Shown one piece after another: positions 27,603-30,942 of a stretch of DNA of 30,942 nucleotides. The notes under the pieces were generated by a model. It ran no database searches, was not told where the DNA came from, and worked only from the letters and a program-made list of their open reading frames with translations. Within the stretch, counting starts at the first letter, position 1. Each line of letters begins with the position of its first letter. The stretch comes from Candidatus Micrarchaeota archaeon. Its GTDB lineage: Archaea > B1Sed10-29 > WALL01 > WAMD01. A program made the position numbers and the translations under genes. The DNA is taken from the NCBI GenBank assembly GCA_964652335.1, contig CAZZDL010000009.1:1-30942 (forward strand), read 5' to 3'.

Positions 27603-28223
27603 ATGCATCAGGAGACATTCAGGAAATTCTTTGTTCACGGCCTTAACGGGATAATAATTGCTGGTTTGGTTTATTTGCTGCCCGTAGAGATATCATTGGT
27701 CTTGGCAGTATTACTGCTTGGTGTTACTATACACCTGTCAAAAAAGATCTCAAAGGGAAAGAAATATCCTATCCTTAACTGGTTGATAGAAAAGGCAGAA
27801 AGAAAGGGAAGACCAATAGGAAAGGGAGCCATCTGGTATTTTTACGGACTAGTATTCATCCTAGCTATATTTGGACTGATAGGAGTACCTAGAATAATCT
27901 TGTCTAGCTCTCTGTTAGTTGTCGCGTTAGGCGATTCTGTTTCCACTGGTCTTGGAAGGATAGTTGGAAAGAGAAGGCTGCCTCGAACGAAAACTAAAAC
28001 TTATGAGGGAACTAGTCTGGGGTTCTTAGTAGCATTCGTCGGATTGTTTGTGTTCATGCTGATAGAGTTTTCCACAGAGACTGCATTCCTTCTTGCTTTC
28101 TTTGGTAGCATTGTTGGTATGCTCACAGAGGCATATCTTAGAGGGCCAGACGACAATTTCACAATTCCAGTGATGTCATGTTCAGCGATGGTGATAGTTT
28201 ACTCTCTAATATTAGCTGCGTAG
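27603..28223 (+). CDS. CTP-transferase-1 fold membrane enzyme (CdsA / CDP-archaeol synthase / dolichol kinase family)
   Basis: 206 aa with about 5 TM helices. ALGDSVSTGLGRIVGKRRLP..KTYEGTSLGF matches the GD..G(R/K)..GK.KL...KT.EG signature of the CdsA/CarS/DolK family. Confidence 0.55.
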   Translation: MHQETFRKFFVHGLNGIIIAGLVYLLPVEISLVLAVLLLGVTIHLSKKISKGKKYPILNWLIEKAERKGRPIGKGAIWYFYGLVFILAIFGLIGVPRIILSSSLLVVALGDSVSTGLGRIVGKRRLPRTKTKTYEGTSLGFLVAFVGLFVFMLIEFSTETAFLLAFFGSIVGMLTEAYLRGPDDNFTIPVMSCSAMVIVYSLILAA

Positions 28224-28235
28224 GAAATCAGTACT

Positions 28236-28249
28236 TATTTTTATATCCC
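28236..28249 (+). promoter_or_regulatory. TATA box (ttatttttatatcc) placed about 40 bp upstream of the tRNA-Thr 5' end
   Basis: An archaeal TTTTTATAT consensus sits at the expected distance for a pre-tRNA with a short leader. Confidence 0.45.
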
Positions 28250-28288
28250 TGTTTAGACAAAATTTACACCTGAATAATTACAGAAAGT

Positions 28289-28415
28289 GCCTCGGTAGCT
28301 CAGCTGGTAGAGCGGCGGTCTCGTACAACCGCAAAATCGGTTGGCGCTTTGGGCTATGCCTTGGCGCCCGGTTCGGGAGAACCGCAGGTCGGGGGTTCGA
28401 ATCCCCCCCGGGGCT
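28289..28415 (+). tRNA. tRNA-Thr (anticodon CGU) with an intron of about 54 nt (28326..28379) in the anticodon arm. CCA is not encoded.
   Basis: Manual fold: the acceptor stem GCCTCGG pairs with CCGGGGC, with one G-U pair. The D-arm is GCTC-AGCTGGTA-GAGC. The anticodon stem GCGGT (28315-28319) pairs with ACCGC (28381-28385), and 61 nt lie between them. The T-arm is GGGGG-TTCGAAT-CCCCC (28391-28407). The discriminator is U. The 5' exon fixes positions 32-36 as CTCGT, giving anticodon CGT. Confidence 0.7.
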
Positions 28416-28520
28416 TATGGGGCTTTATGCCCCATGTGGGGGTTCTAGTGATTGCAGGAAGGTAGAGGAAACCCGCTGGTGGTTTCCCTTTCGATCCCCC
28501 CGGGGGCGTATGGGGCTTTA
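28396..28520 (+). repeat. Direct repeat of the tRNA-Thr 3' end plus 12 nt of trailer (copy 1 at 28396-28427, copy 2 at 28490-28520), bracketing a 62-bp spacer that includes the hairpin motif atggggctttatgccccat
   Basis: ttcgaatcccccccggggcttatggggcttta versus ttcgatccccccgggggcgtatggggcttta, differing by about 3 nt. This is an attL/attR-like duplication of a tRNA 3' end. Confidence 0.6.
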
Positions 28521-28526
28521 AACAGC

Positions 28527-28982
28527 CTACAACGCCTTCAACAAATCTTGTCTAGTGACAATTCCCACTAGCTTGCCGTTCTTCAACACTGGAATCCTGT
28601 TTATATTGTGTTCTGTCATCAAATTAACTGCGTCTGAGACGTCTGCATCTGGATCTATTGTTATTACGTCTTTAGTCATAACATCTTCAACCCTTCCTTC
28701 TTTAATTCGTTCCAATGCCCTTTCTAGATCCCACTCGCTCATCTTCATCTCTAGCATAGCTTCAATGAAATCAAAAGGAGGAGGAGACACCGGGCTTGGA
28801 GATTCTGGAAGCGCAAAAGAAGTCAGGATATCCTTCTCAGTTATTATCCCTACTAGCTTGCCATTATCTAGTACTGGTGCGCCTGTTATCTTCTTTCTTC
28901 TAAACAGCTTTATCGCGTCTGCTAAACTATCCTCTGGCTTTAATGTGAAAACCTTCTTTGTCATAATCTCCTTTACTTTCAT
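28527..28982 (-). CDS. CBS-domain pair protein
   Basis: Two CBS motifs (APVLDNGKLVGIITEKDIL; IPVLKNGKLVGIVTRQDLL) separated by a Pro/Ser-rich linker. The track start is GTG 28991; I chose ATG 28980-28982. Confidence 0.7.
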   Translation of the reverse strand: MKVKEIMTKKVFTLKPEDSLADAIKLFRRKKITGAPVLDNGKLVGIITEKDILTSFALPESPSPVSPPPFDFIEAMLEMKMSEWDLERALERIKEGRVEDVMTKDVITIDPDADVSDAVNLMTEHNINRIPVLKNGKLVGIVTRQDLLKAL

Positions 28983-29117
28983 TCTAAACACCTTCTATTT
29001 ACTTCATGTCTTCATAGAATAAAAACTATCAGGCAATTCTTATTCTATTCATTCTTATCTTAAAAGTTACATAGCAAAGAATAGGCTTTTTATAAATCTG
29101 CGCATAAAAGGTAAAAC

Positions 29118-29726
29118 ATGGTTAGTAACAAACAAAAGACATTTTCTATAGAGGAACTTGAAAAAGAAGTTGAGAAACTTTTTCTAAATGCAAAAGTGAA
29201 GTTAATCTATCACAACTTTGAACACACTAAAGATTTCGTTAACTCTATGAAAACGCTAATAGAAGCGGCAGGAATAACTGGTGAAGACAAAGAAAACCTA
29301 ATAATAGCAGGATACCTCCATGACATCGGTTGTATAAATGGGTTAAACGATCATGAAGAGAGAGGTGCTGAACTTGCAGAAAAAATATTGTCCAAATATG
29401 GTTTTAATAAAGAGAGAATTGAAAAGATAAAAGATTTAATACTAGCAACTAGGGTCGAAACAGAACCAAAAAATGAGCTCCATAAATTAATGAGGGATGC
29501 AGACATAGCTAACTTTGGTAAGGATAGTTTCTTTGAAAAGACACACATAGTATACCAAGAGTTAAAAGATATGAAGGTATATGATGGTGATCTTAAAGCG
29601 TGGTATGAAGTAGCTCTTAAGCTATTGGAAAAGCCTTTCTTCAGCGAGGTTGCAGAAAGATTGTGGGGAAAGAAAAGAAGGGAGAATGCCAAAAAGCTCA
29701 GGAGGAAAATAGAAAAAATGAAATAA
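29118..29726 (+). CDS. HD-domain phosphohydrolase
   Basis: The H...HD...D pattern: HNFEHTKDF, GYLHDIGC, MRDADIANF. AGGT lies 5 nt upstream of the ATG and TATA-like ctttttataaatc about 25 bp upstream. The tail is Lys/Arg-rich. Confidence 0.65.
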   Translation: MVSNKQKTFSIEELEKEVEKLFLNAKVKLIYHNFEHTKDFVNSMKTLIEAAGITGEDKENLIIAGYLHDIGCINGLNDHEERGAELAEKILSKYGFNKERIEKIKDLILATRVETEPKNELHKLMRDADIANFGKDSFFEKTHIVYQELKDMKVYDGDLKAWYEVALKLLEKPFFSEVAERLWGKKRRENAKKLRRKIEKMK

Positions 29727-29821
29727 ATCGTAACTATTTGTATAAAAAGAAAGCAATTTAGAAACAAGCAAAAGAAATATAAGGTAGAATTAAAAAAAGA
29801 TATGTCGCTTGAGGTGATGGA

Positions 29822-30118
29822 ATGGCTGTGAAGGTATACAAATTTGAAAAAGCAAACTATGGAAAACTACAAAACGTAGTAAAACAAGACCACTTCGCTA
29901 GAAACGGATATACTATAAGAGAAGGTAAAGTACTAAACGCAGACGAAAACGCATACTATTTATATGTAAGTGCTCCAGATGAATTCTTCAACCAGCATGA
30001 AAAAGAGATCCTAGACGCTGGTGGTGTTTCAATAGAAGGAAGCGAATACGAGCTAGTGAAAACTGCAATTGAACAAGAATCCCAGAACGTTGCATCTGGA
30101 ATAGCTTTGTTTGACTAA
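29822..30118 (+). CDS. Hypothetical small protein (98 aa)
   Basis: GAGGTGA at 29811-29817 immediately upstream of the ATG, and TATA-like tttgtataaaaag at about 29738. No family recognised. Confidence 0.4.
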   Translation: MAVKVYKFEKANYGKLQNVVKQDHFARNGYTIREGKVLNADENAYYLYVSAPDEFFNQHEKEILDAGGVSIEGSEYELVKTAIEQESQNVASGIALFD

Positions 30119-30161
30119 AAGCCCGTCTTTACAACTACAACCCAATTTTTAAATCCAAAAC

Positions 30162-30246
30162 GCAGGGGTGCCGGAGCCTGGTCAAACGGGGTGGACTCAA
30201 GATCCACTGGCTTAGGCCTGCGAGGGTTCGAATCCCTCCCCCTGCA
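30162..30246 (+). tRNA. tRNA-Leu (anticodon CAA), class II with a long variable arm. CCA is not encoded.
   Basis: The acceptor stem GCAGGGG pairs with CCCCTGC. The anticodon stem GTGGA pairs with TCCAC, with loop CTCAAGA. The variable arm is TGGCTTAGGCCTGC. The T-arm is GAGGG-TTCGAAT-CCCTC. The discriminator is A. Confidence 0.85.
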
Positions 30247-30325
30247 TATGGGGCTTTATGCCCCATGTAGGGATTCTAGTTTTCCCAAGGCTTTTTGTAA
30301 AAGGCTTTATCCCTCCCCCTGCATA
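30231..30325 (+). repeat. 17-bp perfect direct repeat of the tRNA-Leu 3' end (atccctccccctgcata at 30232-30248 and 30309-30325), flanking the same 34-nt hairpin motif found after tRNA-Thr
   Basis: Exact string match. tatggggctttatgccccatgtagggattctagt (30247-30280) matches the tRNA-Thr trailer at 28416-28449 in 32 of 34 positions. Confidence 0.6.
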
Positions 30326-30329
30326 GAGC

Positions 30330-30942
30330 CGCATGCTCCGGCTCGCGGGAGCGGACTACACAAGGTAGGCCTTTAGTAACGCCCCGCAGGGACAAGACTG
30401 GGTAAACCTGCCGAAGGCAGGCGGGGTTAGTTAACTTAAGGGAAGGCATCTCTATTTCTTTCTGATACATAAAACGAGCAGTAGAGGGGCAGTGAGCTGT
30501 AGTCTGCCTTCTGTATTAAGGGAGCATTGGACTAAGCGGAAAACTCCTTGCACCCGTTGCCCTGCACCTGGGCACGTTTCATCCAGACAAAGCCCCTCAG
30601 CGGGCTTCATTGGTTAATGGCTTTGCCTGGTACCGTTTCTGCTCCCAGGCGGCTGTCTCCAGCCTTTTGCAGACCGCAACAGCGGCGGGTGGGCAGAACT
30701 TCCTCACCAGAGGGACAACCCGTGAACCTCCTTCTACCCTACAACCAAGGGAAGAGGTAGAGGGAGAAACCGTGGGTGTCTCCTCTAGCGAAGCTCCCTG
30801 CTCACTACCCCTTTTGAATTTTAGTCAATCTTGTTAATAATCCTTAGAGCTACCGCTACTTCTCAAAAAGCAAAAAGAAAACGAACATTGGCTGTGCGCA
30901 TTTAAGGAAGTGATTCAGAGCTTCACCCTCGGGCTATTAGTA
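30330..30942. other. ORF-free block of about 55% GC with stable stem-loops. It is a candidate structured ncRNA gene, or the edge of an integrated element abutting tRNA-Leu, and it extends beyond the window.
   Basis: There is no ORF above 75 aa in any frame, and the small ORFs have non-protein-like composition. There is an abrupt GC rise from about 37% elsewhere. Local helices include CCCCGC..[CCTGC-cgaag-GCAGG]..GCGGGG at about 30383-30428. Confidence 0.35.

Noticed and set aside
30144-30157. caatttttaaatcc as a TATA box for tRNA-Leu
   Set aside because: It ends only about 5-10 nt before the mature tRNA 5' end, which is far too close for an archaeal TATA-to-TSS spacing of about 25 nt. The tRNA is more likely co-transcribed with the upstream ORF or driven from elsewhere.
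30330-30942. Possibility that the GC-rich block is 16S or 23S rRNA
   Set aside because: Universal rRNA strings such as GTGCCAGCAGCCGCGGTAA or the archaeal 16S 5' end ATTCCGGTTGATCC are absent on either strand. I kept the block only as an unassigned structured-RNA / foreign-DNA candidate.
1-30942. CRISPR array, IS element or transposase
   Set aside because: No regularly spaced direct repeats and no transposase- or integrase-like ORF are present in the window. The only mobile-element hint is the pair of att-like tRNA 3' duplications.

Overview
This is an archaeal chromosomal segment of about 37% GC, tightly packed with genes, and its two tRNA genes are GC-rich. Several gene products are shorter than usual for archaea, which suggests a thermophile with a reduced genome. 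One tRNA carries an intron.

Housekeeping genes recognised directly from the translations:
- aminoacyl-tRNA synthetases: glyS (archaeal/eukaryotic class II type), ileS and archaeal-type proS
- gatE
- a csl4-rpoL-DUF99-signal-peptidase operon
- deoC
- an SPFH/stomatin gene
- a Na+/H+ antiporter with a separately encoded CBS regulator
- LemA with a DUF2207-type partner
- an HD hydrolase
- a CdsA/CarS-fold membrane enzyme
- a partial alkaline-phosphatase-superfamily phosphodiesterase at the left edge

An accessory-looking block at 13.0-20.6 kb is more unusual:
- a DUF373-type membrane protein is encoded back-to-back with a secreted, membrane-anchored transglutaminase-like Cys-His-Asp protein
- an 807-aa protein has an archaeal class III (type IV pilin-like) signal peptide followed by at least six FG-GAP/integrin-alpha-type calcium-binding repeats, making it a candidate pilus-tip or cell-cell adhesin

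The right end holds tRNA-Thr(CGU), with an intron of about 54 nt, and tRNA-Leu(CAA). Each tRNA gene is followed by the same 34-nt palindromic motif and by a partial direct repeat of its own 3' end, which is an att-site-like integration signature. The last 600 nt are an ORF-free block of about 55% GC, in sharp contrast to the rest of the window. It could be a structured RNA gene or the arm of an integrated element, and I cannot tell which without a covariance-model search.

Many ORFs in the supplied six-frame track are antisense shadows of these genes and were discarded. Several track ORFs begin at GTG/TTG, and I moved those to the nearest in-frame ATG where an SD motif preceded it.
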